From positions 67,828,001 to 67,892,000 of the forward strand of contig NC_043006.1 in assembly GCF_006345805.1 (NCBI RefSeq): DNA of 64,000 nucleotides. The letters are read 5' to 3'. Every line of letters starts with the position of its first letter. Positions within the stretch are counted from its first letter, which is position 1. The DNA is from Octopus sinensis. Taxonomy: Eukaryota. Below the pieces are notes generated by a model. That model was given only the letters and a program-made list of their open reading frames with translations, did not search any database and had not been told where the DNA came from. Of the stretch, positions 1-10,740 are shown one piece after another. The translations under genes and the position numbers were made by a program.

Positions 1-204
1 GTGGACGTTAAATGATGATGATGATGATATATACATATATATAATAATGGAATCACCCGTTGTTAGACAACATATTAGGGTTCAACAATTTCTTACTGAA
101 CAACTATACAGATGATTTGTTTATAGTGATCAAATGTCTCTGTAGACATAAGCTCATTCCCTCCATCAAATTAACATTACCTGTACAGGTGCAACTGGGT
201 GCCA

Positions 205-335
205 CCTTTCGGATGTTGAAATGAAGAGCTTTGCTCAAGAACACAACACACCACCTGGTCAGGGAACTGATCTCATGGTCTCACAATCCTGAGTGCAACA
301 CCCTAACCACTAAGCCATGAGCCTTCACAATATAT
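205..335 (-). mobile_element. Degenerate tRNA/CORE-type SINE fragment
   Basis: Reverse complement reads as a tRNA-like head (tggcttagtggttagggtgttgcactcagg...) followed by tgtgttgtgttcttgagcaaagc, like the copies at 29405 and 39200. Confidence 0.6.
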
Positions 336-339
336 ACAC

Positions 340-560
340 GTGTTTGTGTGTGTGTTGTGTGTATTTATCCGCCCACAATCGCTTCACAACTGATGCTGGT
401 ACGTTTACATCTCTATATCTTAGTGGTTCGGCAAAAGAGGCAGGTAGAATAAGTATTAGGCTTACAAAGAATAAGTCCTGGGGGCAATTTGCTCAACTAA
501 AAGTGGTGCTCCAGCATGGCTGCAGTCAAATGACTGAAACAAATAAAAGAAACTAAAATA
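340..560 (+). mobile_element. SINE family A, 3' half
   Basis: Matches the shared family tail ...gtggtgctccagcatggctgcagtcaaatgactgaaacaaataaaag. Confidence 0.75.
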
Positions 561-729
561 GAAAATACAATATAAATAAAGTTAAATAAGGCCTTATCTA
601 ACTTTATTTATATTATATACTGCTCTATAACTTAGAGAATGTTTCTTTTTGGGATTTATGTTTTACCAACTATATATATTGGCTAAACTGGCAAAATGAC
701 CATTCCGAAATACAACAATATATATATAT

Positions 730-1088
730 TCTTTTAGTTTTTTACCTGTTTCAGTCATTTGACTGCAGCCATGCTGGAGCACCACCTTTAGTTGGGAAAA
801 GCGACCCCAGGACTTATTCTTTGTAAGCCTAGTACTTATTCTGTCTCATTTGTTGAACTGCTAAGTTACAGGGACATAAACACACCAGTATCAGTTGCCA
901 TGTGATGATGTGGGAACAAACACAAACGCACATACATATATATACAACGGGCTTCTTTCAATTTCCATCTACCAAATCCACTCACAAAGCTTTGGTCGGC
1001 CCAAGGCTATAGTAGAAGACACTTGCCCAAGATGCCATGCAGTGGGACTGAACCCAGAACCATGTGGTTAATAAGCAAGCTACCACAC
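730..1088 (-). mobile_element. tRNA-derived SINE family A (most abundant family here)
   Basis: Same ~400-bp sequence recurs more than 10 times in the window: tRNA-like head, ccttgggcaagtgtctt core, central (TA/CA)n and short-repeat tail. Confidence 0.85.
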
Positions 1089-1232
1089 ACACACACACAC
1101 ACACAAATATAAGTGAACATAAATAGTGTTTACTTATATTATGGTGCTTGTGAACACTTAAATGCAAAGAGTCTTTCAATGAGAAATAATTGTCTTGGAA
1201 AAGATATTCTTATAGTTTGTGTAAAAACATAC

Positions 1233-1251
1233 TGAATGATATCAGCTGACT
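1233..1251 (-). CDS. Candidate 19-nt exon of unknown host gene (SADII)
   Basis: catttctcttag acceptor and gtatgt donor; in frame with the 1345-1384 exon; could be chance. Confidence 0.25.
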
Positions 1252-1344
1252 CTAAGAGAAATGTTTCTGTGTAGTTTATCAGATATAAACACCAATTCAG
1301 TGATTCATGGTCCAGCAAGAACTGCCATTTTCAAATGTAAATAC

Positions 1345-1384
1345 CGAAAAATACATTTGCTGGCATGTACTGAGCTTTGTCAAG
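1345..1384 (-). CDS. Candidate 40-nt exon of unknown host gene (LDKAQYMPANVFF)
   Basis: tgtgtttcgatttcag acceptor and gtattt donor; phase 0 start matches the 2242-2419 exon. Confidence 0.35.
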
Positions 1385-1759
1385 CTGAAATCGAAACACA
1401 CTAAGCAGTGAGGATAAAAATAAGTTGTGTACATTAATATTTAAAATGCTCATATACATTCAAATGTTGAAAGACCGCAGTAGTGTTTTAGAGAAAATAT
1501 TTTCCCTGTAATATGCGTGTAAAAATACAATGGAACTAGCTCGGTAACATATTCACTTGATATATACCTAGCATGGGAAAAAAATGCAAAACTTTGTGGG
1601 GTATTATTACATTTTAACCCATCCAGCATACACCTACATAGCAAATATTTGTATAAAGCAAAAAAAAAAAATGACAAACGGACAGAAAGGATATAAAAGA
1701 TAATAAAAAGGAAGAAGACAGAAAAAAGAATAAATAAATAAAAACAATTTCTTTTCAAT

Positions 1760-2070
1760 CATCATCATCATTTAACGTCCGTTTTCCACGCTAGCACTGG
1801 TTGGACAGTTCGACTGGGGTCTGGGAAGCCAGGAGGCTGCACCAGGCTCCAGTCTGATCTGGCAATGTTTCTACAGCTGGATGCCCTTCCTAATGCCAAC
1901 CACTCCGTGAGTGTAGTGGGTGTTTTTTACGTACCACCGGCACAGGTGCCAGGGGAGGCTGACAATGGCCACAATTGGTTAGTGCTTTTTACGTGCCACC
2001 AGCAATGGAAGCCAGTTAAGGTGGTGCTGGCATCGGCCACATTCGGATGGTGCTTTTTATGTTCCATTTG
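1760..2070 (-). mobile_element. RTE-type LINE 3' tail (or its partner SINE), ending in (ATG)n
   Basis: Same tail is contiguous with RTE RT C-terminal coding sequence at 24890-25810; other copies near 3770, 14940, 17420, 40050, 47690, 49640, 55190, 61070 and 61490. Confidence 0.75.
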
Positions 2071-2241
2071 ATTTTTATTTCAATATATAATAAAAATTAA
2101 CAAATTAATCAGCAACACTGAAAAATACAATAGCAATGATAACTAGACTAGTCAAGATCAAACTATCAGACTGTGATAATATTGGTTAAAACTATACAGA
2201 TCATGACTGATGTGTGAAAGATGTACAAAGACAGGTCATAC

Positions 2242-2419
2242 CTTTTGTTTCTGATTAGATCTGACATTGGTCTTCACAAATGGAGAGTTGGGTTGAGAAA
2301 CTTGATTTAGAGATTGAACTGGTTCTGGAGATCCACAAGATGTTTTAGGACTTTGTATAATGTTAGAGTTGTTTAGTTCGCAAGGACTGCTTCTGTGATT
2401 TATCTGAGTTTGTTCATTC
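2242..2419 (-). CDS. Probable 178-nt coding exon of unknown host gene (NEQTQINHRSSPCELNNSNIIQSPKTSCGSPEPVQSLNQVSQPNSPFVKTNVRSNQKQK)
   Basis: aatttctctgtccag acceptor, AAG|gtatga donor, 59 open codons, S/P/Q/N-rich disordered composition; not part of a recognisable repeat. Confidence 0.6.
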
Positions 2420-2488
2420 CTGGACAGAGAAATTACAAGCTCTATTAATCATTCTTTTTTCTTTCCCCTCACCCCCTACAAACTTCAC

Positions 2489-2615
2489 ATTTGCATCAAG
2501 GCAGAGAGCAGAACCTTTGGTGTTCTGAAAGCTACAATTGGCTGTTCCACATTTTTTTCCTGTTTAAGTATTTTGTACATGTATTTTTTGCTGTTGTCAA
2601 CTCTGATGAAAAGAC
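2489..2615 (-). CDS. Probable 127-nt coding exon of unknown host gene (LFIRVDNSKKYMYKILKQEKNVEQPIVAFRTPKVLLSALMQ)
   Basis: catttcaccatag acceptor, weak AT|gtgaag donor; a 69-nt intron joins it in frame to 2242-2419; contains a possible start ATG (MYKILK). Confidence 0.45.
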
Positions 2616-2775
2616 CTATGGTGAAATGCATTCAAGCATGACCATCTTGTCTTTCATTGAGACAATGCATTAAATGATCACAATGACCAATGTGTCTCTT
2701 ATTTGACTACTGATTCAAGAAGACTGAGTGGCCACTTTAGAGGATTAATCATTAATTCATGATAATTTTATATTC

Positions 2776-3160
2776 TTGTGGCTATGAGGTAAGAAGTTTG
2801 CTCCCCATCCATATGGTTCTCGGTTCAGTCCCATTGTGTAGCACTTTGGGCAAGTATCTTTTACTATAGTCTCGGGCTGGTCAAAGCCTTGTTAGTGAAT
2901 ATAGGGAACAGAAATTGAAAGAAACTTGTCCTGTGTGTGTGTATTTTTTGCATATGTTCTTGTCCCTCACCACTGTTTGACAACCGTTGTTGGTTTGTTT
3001 ACATTCCCATAACTTAGAAGTTTAGCAAAAAAAAAAAGAAACTGACAGAATAAGAACCAGCCTTTACAAATAAGTTCTAGGGCTGATTTGTTTAGCTAAA
3101 CCCTTGAAGGTAGTGCCCTAGCATGGCCATAGTCTAATGACTGAAACAAGTAAAAGATAG
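2776..3160 (+). mobile_element. SINE family A
   Basis: Full-length diverged copy of the repeated family. Confidence 0.8.
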
Positions 3161-3562
3161 ATTTGTTTATTTTCCATTCTCCTCACACACACACACAATA
3201 TTTTCTCTCTCAAATCTATATTGCATTGCACGGTTCAATATTACAGTATATTCATATATTTTCATCACCACTCACAAGGTCAATTTAAAAAAAAAAAAGC
3301 ATTAAAGTGAAAGACTGAGCATTTTATTGTTACCCCCATTCACAAGCCTCATCCCGAACCCTTCTCAGTATTTATGCTCCAACTTCAAATGCCATAGGAG
3401 CTAACTTTATCTGTCATCCCTCACTTGATACATAAACAAGTCAAGGCCTGTGGTTAATTACACAAAACCTCTTACTTAACAAGTGAAATACATTTATAAC
3501 AGTGCTCCAATGTTTGTGTTGCCTCCCAACCATAACAACAAGAACAACCTGTTTATACTTAC

Positions 3563-3617
3563 ATACTAGAAGCTTCAAATTTCTTACTGCAAAATATTTT
3601 TCTGGATGCTCACTTAC
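3563..3617 (-). CDS. Candidate exon (VSEHPEKYFAVRNLKLLV; alternative acceptor would extend it to 3635)
   Basis: catttcatttcag acceptor, gtaagt donor; ends in phase 1, compatible with the 2489-2615 exon. Confidence 0.35.
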
Positions 3618-4439
3618 CTGAAATGAAATGTGATTCTGTGTAAATTGAAATATAAAAATCACAGTGAAACTTTATGTTACACGATTTGCTTTATAAAAGA
3701 TTTTCTATAATCCAGACTGTGTAGTGTCAAAAAAAAATTTATTTTGCTGTAAAATATTCTCAATCATCCTCATCATCGTTTAACATTCATTTTCCATGCT
3801 GGCATGGGTTAGACGGTTTGACTGGGGACTCACCAGGTTCCAATCTGATCTGGCAATGTTTCTACAGCTGGATGTCCTTCCTAATGCCAACCACTCCAAG
3901 AGTGTAGTAGGTGGTTTTTACGTGCCACTGGCACTGACATTGGCCACGTTCAGATGAGTGAAAAATTTGTGCATACTTGTGTACATGTGTGTGTGTGTGT
4001 GTGTATATGTGTGTGTATGTGTGTGTGTGTGTGTGATCATCATTTAATGTTCAGTTGTTCATGCTTGTACGAGTCACACAGAATTTGTTGAGGCAAATTT
4101 TTCAGTGGTCAAATACCCTTCCAGTTTTCAACCCACACTTGTTTCCAGCCACAACTTCTAACATTGAAGACTCCTCTCTCAGTGTGTCATTAGTCTATAA
4201 GTTGTGCTGGCACTCATTTTCAATTAAGTGGATGGGAGCAACTTGAAATGAAGTGATTTCTTCTGAGAATCAAATGCATGACCTTACTACGATTGGATAC
4301 CCAACACTAACTACAAAGCCATTCATCATTGTGAAGGTACATAATCTAATGAAGTATTGGGCGCTCTCTCTCTCTCTCTCTCACTCACTCACACGCACGC
4401 ACACACACGATGGTTGCTAACTCAAGTTCAAGGAGAGCC

Positions 4440-4640
4440 ATGACTACTTTATGCCATAGAATACCATCGATGAGCTGCACGAATATGGCTTTTGAGGCCT
4501 GCCCAAGATTTGCACGGTTTTTGAGAATTAGTGCAAGAAAACTTGGTAATTGTATAGTTTACAGCTCCATGAACTTTACTATGACTTTTCAAGCTACTTT
4601 TTGATCTGCATACTTTGACACAATATGCATTCGAAATCAT
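4440..4640 (-). mobile_element. LINE 3' remnant with C2H2 zinc-finger-like coding sequence (RTE-type)
   Basis: Translation ...CVKVCRSKSSLKSHSKVH...CKSWAGLKSHIRAAH* resembles the C-terminal zinc fingers of invertebrate RTE ORFs; frameshifted. Confidence 0.55.
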
Positions 4641-5811
4641 CTGTCCATCTATAATCAATACACACACACACACATGGCACAAATAGATGGATGGATCTAT
4701 GTAAGACAGAACATCTGTACGAATTATGTGCAAATATATGTGTGTCTACATTTAAGTTTACTTTATTGTGTCTCAATAGAATAAGCAAACAACGGTTGAC
4801 ATAACCCTTTAGGTTCCGTTACTGAGTTGTTCAACAAACAGAGAACGATGACATAAGTACCAAACTGTAATAAGCACTGCAGTCAATACGATTGACTTAA
4901 ACCTTTGAAGTCGATGCCACAGAATAGCAGCAATCGAATGACTGAAACCACTAACAGAGCAAAAGAGTATGCCAACGCATGCATGCACACACAGAGTTGT
5001 TTTCTAAATTCTTGTTAGAGATGTTTCTTAGATCAGGTTAGTCCTGATGGAACAGAGCTACAATTAAAAGCACAGTAGCTGTAACCATCCCCTCTTTTTT
5101 TGTGTGTGTTCAGGAAAACCCAGGATGACATCATCCAAAGAATGCTTTTCAAAGATAGTAGCCAGAGTTAAAACAATATTGGTTACTGTTTCTAACAGGT
5201 CGAGTGACTAGGAAAAAGCTCTTGTTTCTGTGTAGTAAAATAACCACGACACCTACCCACCCAAGACCACCCTTGGTTCTATGATGCAAACTTCATGTTT
5301 CAAAGTGATCAAAATTAAAACCTTCCATGAAAATTCCATATTAATTTGTGCTCGAAGTAATGGCTTATTAATGACAAAGGCATTTTACTAAATTCTTCAT
5401 TATTTTCAAAACTAATTTAAATAAAGGCAATCTATTTCAACTGAAATATAGTAACAAATGGGTCAAAAGAACCTTGACATAGTCACTCGACCTACTAAAA
5501 ATAACAAATCTGTAAGTCATACCATATTGTCTTAAAAACAGAAAGGACACATTAAATAATGTAGTCCAAGATTTAGTATCTATCCCAAAAAGAGGAAGAA
5601 GCCAAAGACGTGAGGGTCATGGCTGGAACACATTTGATCATAGATCAAAGAGCTAACCTTAGGTTAAACATCTCAACCACCACTTGTAAGTCTTTCGATG
5701 TCTTTAACTGTTACAAACTCCAGATGTAACTCATTTGATGCAATGTCAACGTTATTTCTTCATGATTTTCTTAATAATGTATAATCTTTGATATGATCAA
5801 TATGGTGTTGT

Positions 5812-6015
5812 TTAACACATAAAGCACAACAGGCCACGATCATGGCCATCAGGAACAGGTCAACAGGCCACGGTCATGGCCCAGATAGATGTGTTTAATT
5901 TATGGGTATTTGTTGGGGTGTAATGTCACTCAAATGCTCCAATGACCCCCGGAATGCAAGAGGACTAATAGTTCAACTAATGATGTAAAACTCACCACCA
6001 TTATATACTAAGAAG
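5812..6015 (-). mobile_element. Helitron-associated terminal segment with paired 16-bp palindromes
   Basis: ggccacgatcatggcc and ggccacggtcatggcc; a second copy is at about 21090-21311 on the + strand; abuts Helitron helicase sequence. Confidence 0.55.
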
Positions 6016-6039
6016 ATATTTTAACTATTTTTGGGGTGG

Positions 6040-6810
6040 TTTTTTTTGTGTGCAAAATAGTCCCATTTTCATAAAATGTGCTCAGCAGTCCATGCTATGT
6101 AAGTGCAAATCCCAGCGCTTTATGGGTAAACTAGCAGGAGTACATGATCTACCTGGATATAAAGACGTTGTCTCTGATGCCACAAACCATAAGAATTGTT
6201 ACTTCAATAGCATGAGGCAGCACATTTTCTACCATTAACCACATTGCATTGCACAGAAGTGGTGGCTCTAGGTTCCTCAGCAGCATGACTGGAGCTCCAA
6301 TTTTGAGGTGAAGTTGATGAGGCAATAGTCAAGAGGGGTCTAAGGAATTGAGGAAAGTCAGCCCATTCTGCTGACTTTCGGTAGACCATAAAATGAAAGG
6401 TCGTTACCACCGATAGTAAGTAAGCTGTCCTCAATGTCGATGAGTGCTCTATTGAAGAATTCCTCATTGAAACTGATGTTCAAGTGAGGCAACAGAAGTT
6501 GTCCTTGGTGGTAGCAGCCCTCTGAATGGTCTTCCTTGTATTTCTCCCATAAGGTTACAGGATCACTGAGTTTGCATGTTTGCAGTAGTAATGTAAAGAG
6601 CTTTCGAAGACTCCTTGCTGAGCATATTGTAGCTGCTTCCACCATAGTTGCGTCCCACTGAGCGCCGTCTTCTAGCAGGCCACGTTTAAGGCAAGCTTTG
6701 CAGTTGTAGCAAAAAATTCACCATTGAAGTTTTTCAGGTTGTTGAAAGATGTCAGTCCCATGACCTCATGCAGTAGTAGGCAAAAGTAAAAACATTTGTT
6801 GGATAGGGCG
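6040..6810 (-). mobile_element. Helitron Rep/helicase remnant, internally deleted
   Basis: CFYFCLLLHEVMGLTSFNNLK, EAATICSARSLRKLFTLLLQTCKLSDPVTLWEKYKED and VENVLPHAIEVTIL...NVFI resemble conserved Helitron RepHel segments; stops and frameshifts present. Confidence 0.85.
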
Positions 6811-7164
6811 AACTGTGTAAACTCTTTCAAGGGTGGAGAAGATTTTAAACTTTCATCAAAATCGGATGAAAAATGTGGAAACACATAGAAAGTATACAAA
6901 TACACACACAAACATTTTGAGTTTTATAGACATAGGAGATATCGGTGGTAAAGCTTTTTGTACATTAAGTAACTAGATGTAAGTAGAACTTAGAAAGTTA
7001 AAAAGCGTGACAGGCTTAGTACAGTGTCGGGAGGTACAAAATAATTGTTACAATTTGCAATACTTCAGGAAAAAGGAATATATTTTGACAAAAGAAAAGC
7101 AAAAAAATAAAAAGAGAAATAAAAAAACCTCAATGCAGCACCAAGTGTCACAACTGGTCGCACA

Positions 7165-7550
7165 CCACAAGGTTCAACGGAACCTAGTGAAGCAAGTCAA
7201 TGTGCTCGCAGCATTACCATGGGCGATGGCGAGGCCAAGGCATTGGAACAGCCAAGCACCCTCTGGTATTTCAGTAAGGTAAGCCACCAATGATGATAAG
7301 AACCTTGTTGTTAGCAACCCAGCTCTTCCAACTATTTCAAACGCCACAGGCTGGAAGAGATAGTTCACTGCCTGGCCCCGGTACTTCAAGGTTTTGTTCC
7401 ATTCGGCTATGGAAGCAGTGACCCTCCCATTTACAGCAGTATCCAAGATGTGGGAGGGAGTAAAAGAGTCATAGACTGTGGTGCCCCAGGTGAAGCACCT
7501 ACCTCTTATTCAGGGACAGAGGGTAAGACCATTTGGTCTCTTCCCAGGCG
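7165..7550 (-). mobile_element. CRE-clade non-LTR retrotransposon, RLE endonuclease C-terminus
   Basis: GKRPNGLTLCP*IRGRCFTWG...AEWNKTLKY...FQPVAFE...LAIAHGNAA, a PD..D..K-type RLE signature typical of CRE elements. Confidence 0.75.
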
Positions 7551-8181
7551 GAGGTAAAGAATATGTACACCACCCATTTTCAGTGTAACAAAAACACAAA
7601 CCCTAAACACCGGGTGTACGTATTCTTTACTTTCGCTCTCTTCCCATCACTTCTGAATAAACCTGCCAGGTCTAGAACTGAGGGGATATTAATCCGAGCC
7701 AGGGTTTGCTGAATGATTAGCTTGAGAGAAATGTTTTCAAAGCTGTACATGACGATTATGTTGCTGAAGTGTAAAAAATAATTTCAATTTAGATTTTTAA
7801 AATTTTTATTCATTTTTATTCAGGGAGGTATGAAGTTTTTAATTCATATCTTTTTAACTTGCACGTGGCCATTGCATAACTTTCAGTTTACATTACCAAT
7901 ACACGAAAGGAAAAACTGGGACATTTTTTCATCATACCTTCCGGTTTCATGTTAATCATGAATAATATCAATCAGGATATTGTCATAAATTTTTTTTAAT
8001 GCTGTGCAATGATTATGAGCAAGTTACTGAATAGTTTAAACAAAATGGGCTTCTTTTCTGATCAAAAAGAAAAAAAAGTTCAAAGAGATTTTTTATTTTT
8101 TCAAATTTTACCTACATAATCGTTATCAGTAACTTTGAAAACATATTTCTACAAAATTTCATAGAAAAGAATATGTATTAT

Positions 8182-8352
8182 AGGTGCAGGAGTGGCTGTG
8201 TGATAAGTAGCTTGCTTACCAACCGCATGGTTCCAGGTTCATTCCCACTGCATGGCACCTTGGGAAAGTGTCTTCTACTATAGCTCGGGCCAACCAAAGC
8301 CTTGTGAGTGAATTTGGTAGACAGAAACTGAAGGAAGCCTGTTGTATATATG

Positions 8353-8396
<44 letters not shown>

Positions 8397-8795
8397 ATAT
8401 CTTTATATATAAAAGTGAAGTTGTGTGTCTGTCTCCTACGATTTAGATTCCTTACTACTCCCACATTTTGCGGTGCAGTTTAACCAAAAGCGGGTATCTT
8501 ATAGTCGTGATTCATATCGAGCCCTTCTGGGTATTAGCATGCATCTACGATAAGTCTACGATTTAAAAAAAAATTTACCATCATTTTTTCCCATTTTTAA
8601 TGCATTTTTTTTTTGCTATTATTTAAGGGAAGTAACTCGCGTCTACGATGAGTACGATTTTTAAAAAAATTTACCATAATTTTTCCGCATCTTTAATGCA
8701 TTTTCGCTCGGTTTATATAAGGGAAGTAACTCTCTATAAATGCTTATATAGTTATTTCCCTTACAAACCCGAGCAACGCCGGGCGATACTGCTAG

Positions 8796-8826
<31 letters not shown>

Positions 8827-9040
8827 GTGTGTACATGTTTATATGTTTGTGTTTGTCCCCCCAACATCGCTTGACAACCGATGCTGGTGTGTTTACGTCC
8901 TTGTAACTTAGCAGTTCGGTAAATGAGACCGATAGAATAAGTACTGGGATTCCAAAGAATAAGTCCTGGGGTCGATTTGCTCGACTAAAGGCGGTGCTCC
9001 AGCATGGCCGCACTCAAATGACTGAAACGAGTAAAAGATA
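8182..9040 (+). mobile_element. SINE family A split by a Helitron insertion
   Basis: 5' half at 8182-8345 and 3' half at about 8820-9040 flank the Helitron inside the central (TA)n. Confidence 0.8.
8400..8795 (+). mobile_element. Non-autonomous Helitron (~396 bp)
   Basis: A|TC 5' end, subterminal hairpin cccgagcaacgccggg (8768-8783), CTAG|T 3' end, no TSD; internal ~90-bp duplication. Confidence 0.85.
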
Positions 9041-9877
9041 AAGTGGTAGGGGAACAAAGTCGAGAAGAGGGCACCCAACTATAGTTAAGCCTTCAAAATT
9101 CTTCAAAATTCTTCAAAAACGATGTTATACCATTCACATGGTAAAAATATTTTGTAACACTTGTTCTCTCCTTGTAATTTTCTTTTATAATTTTAATTAT
9201 TGCTTCCTCCCCACGCCAATCCTTTAATCCAGCAGATTAATCCACAGATGGTGATTTGTTGTTTGGAAGACATCAGCTGTCGCCATAACTGTCAATTTCG
9301 TTTGCCTGTTTCGCAAATGCAATCTGATCTGCAGGAAATAGCAGCTACATCTCTGTCAAAATACAATCTACCAACTTATGACCTAAACCACTGATACTCA
9401 ACTCCAGTTAATCGAATTCTGGGCAAGGTTTCTGCACTCTTAATGACCCTCCAAGTGAAACTGGAAGACAAAATTTGTTCCTTAATAATTTTCTGTGCTT
9501 TTTCTTTTATGTTCTGAGTTCAAATCCCGCTTAGGTCAACTTTGTATTTCATCCCTTCTGAAGTCGATAAATAAAGTACCGGGGATGTAATGAGTTTGAT
9601 TTAATCAACTTAAGAAGAGGACAATTTGAATAATGTAGTACTTATCTGGCCGAGTTTGTTCAGATTTGTCCGATTCGATCATGCTACCCATCTTGATACA
9701 GCATAACATTTGTGACATCAGTTCAGTAATAATATCCCGAATGATCGATGAAAGTTATATCGTGGACTGCATAGAAAGAAGTCTGTGACCCGAGATAGCA
9801 TTTTGGCCGCTCAATGCAGTAACCAAGTTGGCTGCCTTTTTTAAATGTAACATATCTTTGACCACAACAAACACATG

Positions 9878-9885
9878 TATATAAA
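9878..9885 (+). promoter_or_regulatory. TATA box (TATATAAA) in a CpG-rich island
   Basis: Consensus TATA followed by GC-richer, CpG-retaining sequence and gccatttt (YY1-like) about 40 bp downstream. Confidence 0.35.
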
Positions 9886-9906
9886 GCCGCCTTGTGCAGT
9901 CCGTGT

Positions 9907-10305
9907 AACCCCGTGCTGTGCCATTTTAGATAGGGCCTTTAAGAGGGGCAAGAGTCCAACTGGTACAGTGGTCCGAGACCTGTGAATATCTGCTAGGTTC
10001 CTCTTTTAAAAAATCCTCAAAGCCTACAGAAATTTTAAAGGTTAGAATTAACCCTAACCCACTCTGAGGGCCAGAAAGCAGTATTGTTCCGTCTTATATT
10101 TCTCTCGCGTTCTTGCTTGGCTAAGAAAACTAATATGTCTATCTGTGCTTAATAATATCACATATTGCAAGAAGATTGCTATGCAATTTTTGTTTATTCG
10201 GATATTTTTTCTACGAATATATTCAAAACGGCTCGTAACATACCTGTACAAGCACCACAACGACTTGCCTCAAAATGAGAGTCCAAGCAGGAGACGTGTA
10301 CAATA
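9907..10305 (+). ncRNA. Speculative telomerase-RNA-like transcript (template TAACCCTAACCC plus pseudoknot)
   Basis: Template-like 10049-10060; long P2-like stem 10072-10096/10122-10145; P3-like ttcttgc/gcaagaa (10110-10116/10167-10173); no P6.1 or H box found. Confidence 0.2.
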
Positions 10306-10307
10306 GT
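10244..10307 (-). other. Candidate 64-nt spliced exon (coding LLYTSPAWTLILRQVVVVLVQ, or 5' UTR)
   Basis: tgcttctacctag acceptor and CAG|gtatgt donor. Confidence 0.35.
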
Positions 10308-10596
10308 CTAGGTAGAAGCACTTTTGAAATATATGCTTATAAATAGAGCTGACCTATAGCTAAGCCAAAAAACAAACAAAAAAACTATTGGAGAAGTTTA
10401 AAGAATGGAACTAACACATTTTGCAACTACTACAACATTACTATCCCAGAACAAACGCAATATCGGCAATTAACACACTCGTGTAAACTAGGAATATTAT
10501 TATCTGTCATACAGAAAGACTTCATGAAAATGTAAGGTTTAAACAACAGACTTAGGCATAAAAACCTAATTCATCTACTCTATAGATAAAACTTAC

Positions 10597-10662
10597 TTGA
10601 CTTGTAGGGATTTCAACCTTCCAAGGTATTTTTCTTCAGTAGTCTTTAAAGCGAAAAATAAA
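10597..10662 (-). other. Candidate exon (first/UTR exon, or coding ...TTEEKYLGRLKSLQV)
   Basis: Strong AA|gtaagt donor at 10596; acceptors at 10644 or 10663, or transcription start just upstream. Confidence 0.35.
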
Positions 10663-10704
10663 CTAAAAGTTCAAAAGTCCCTCCATCACACAGCAGCCGA
10701 TAAA

Positions 10705-10740
10705 TTAAACCACGTGACTAGCTCCTTTACGGAAGTCGAC
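10705..10740 (-). promoter_or_regulatory. Putative core promoter: E-box (CACGTG) plus ETS-like site (ACGGAAGT)
   Basis: ccacgtgac and tacggaagtcg within 25 bp, directly upstream of a strong splice donor, in a CpG-retaining region. Confidence 0.4.
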
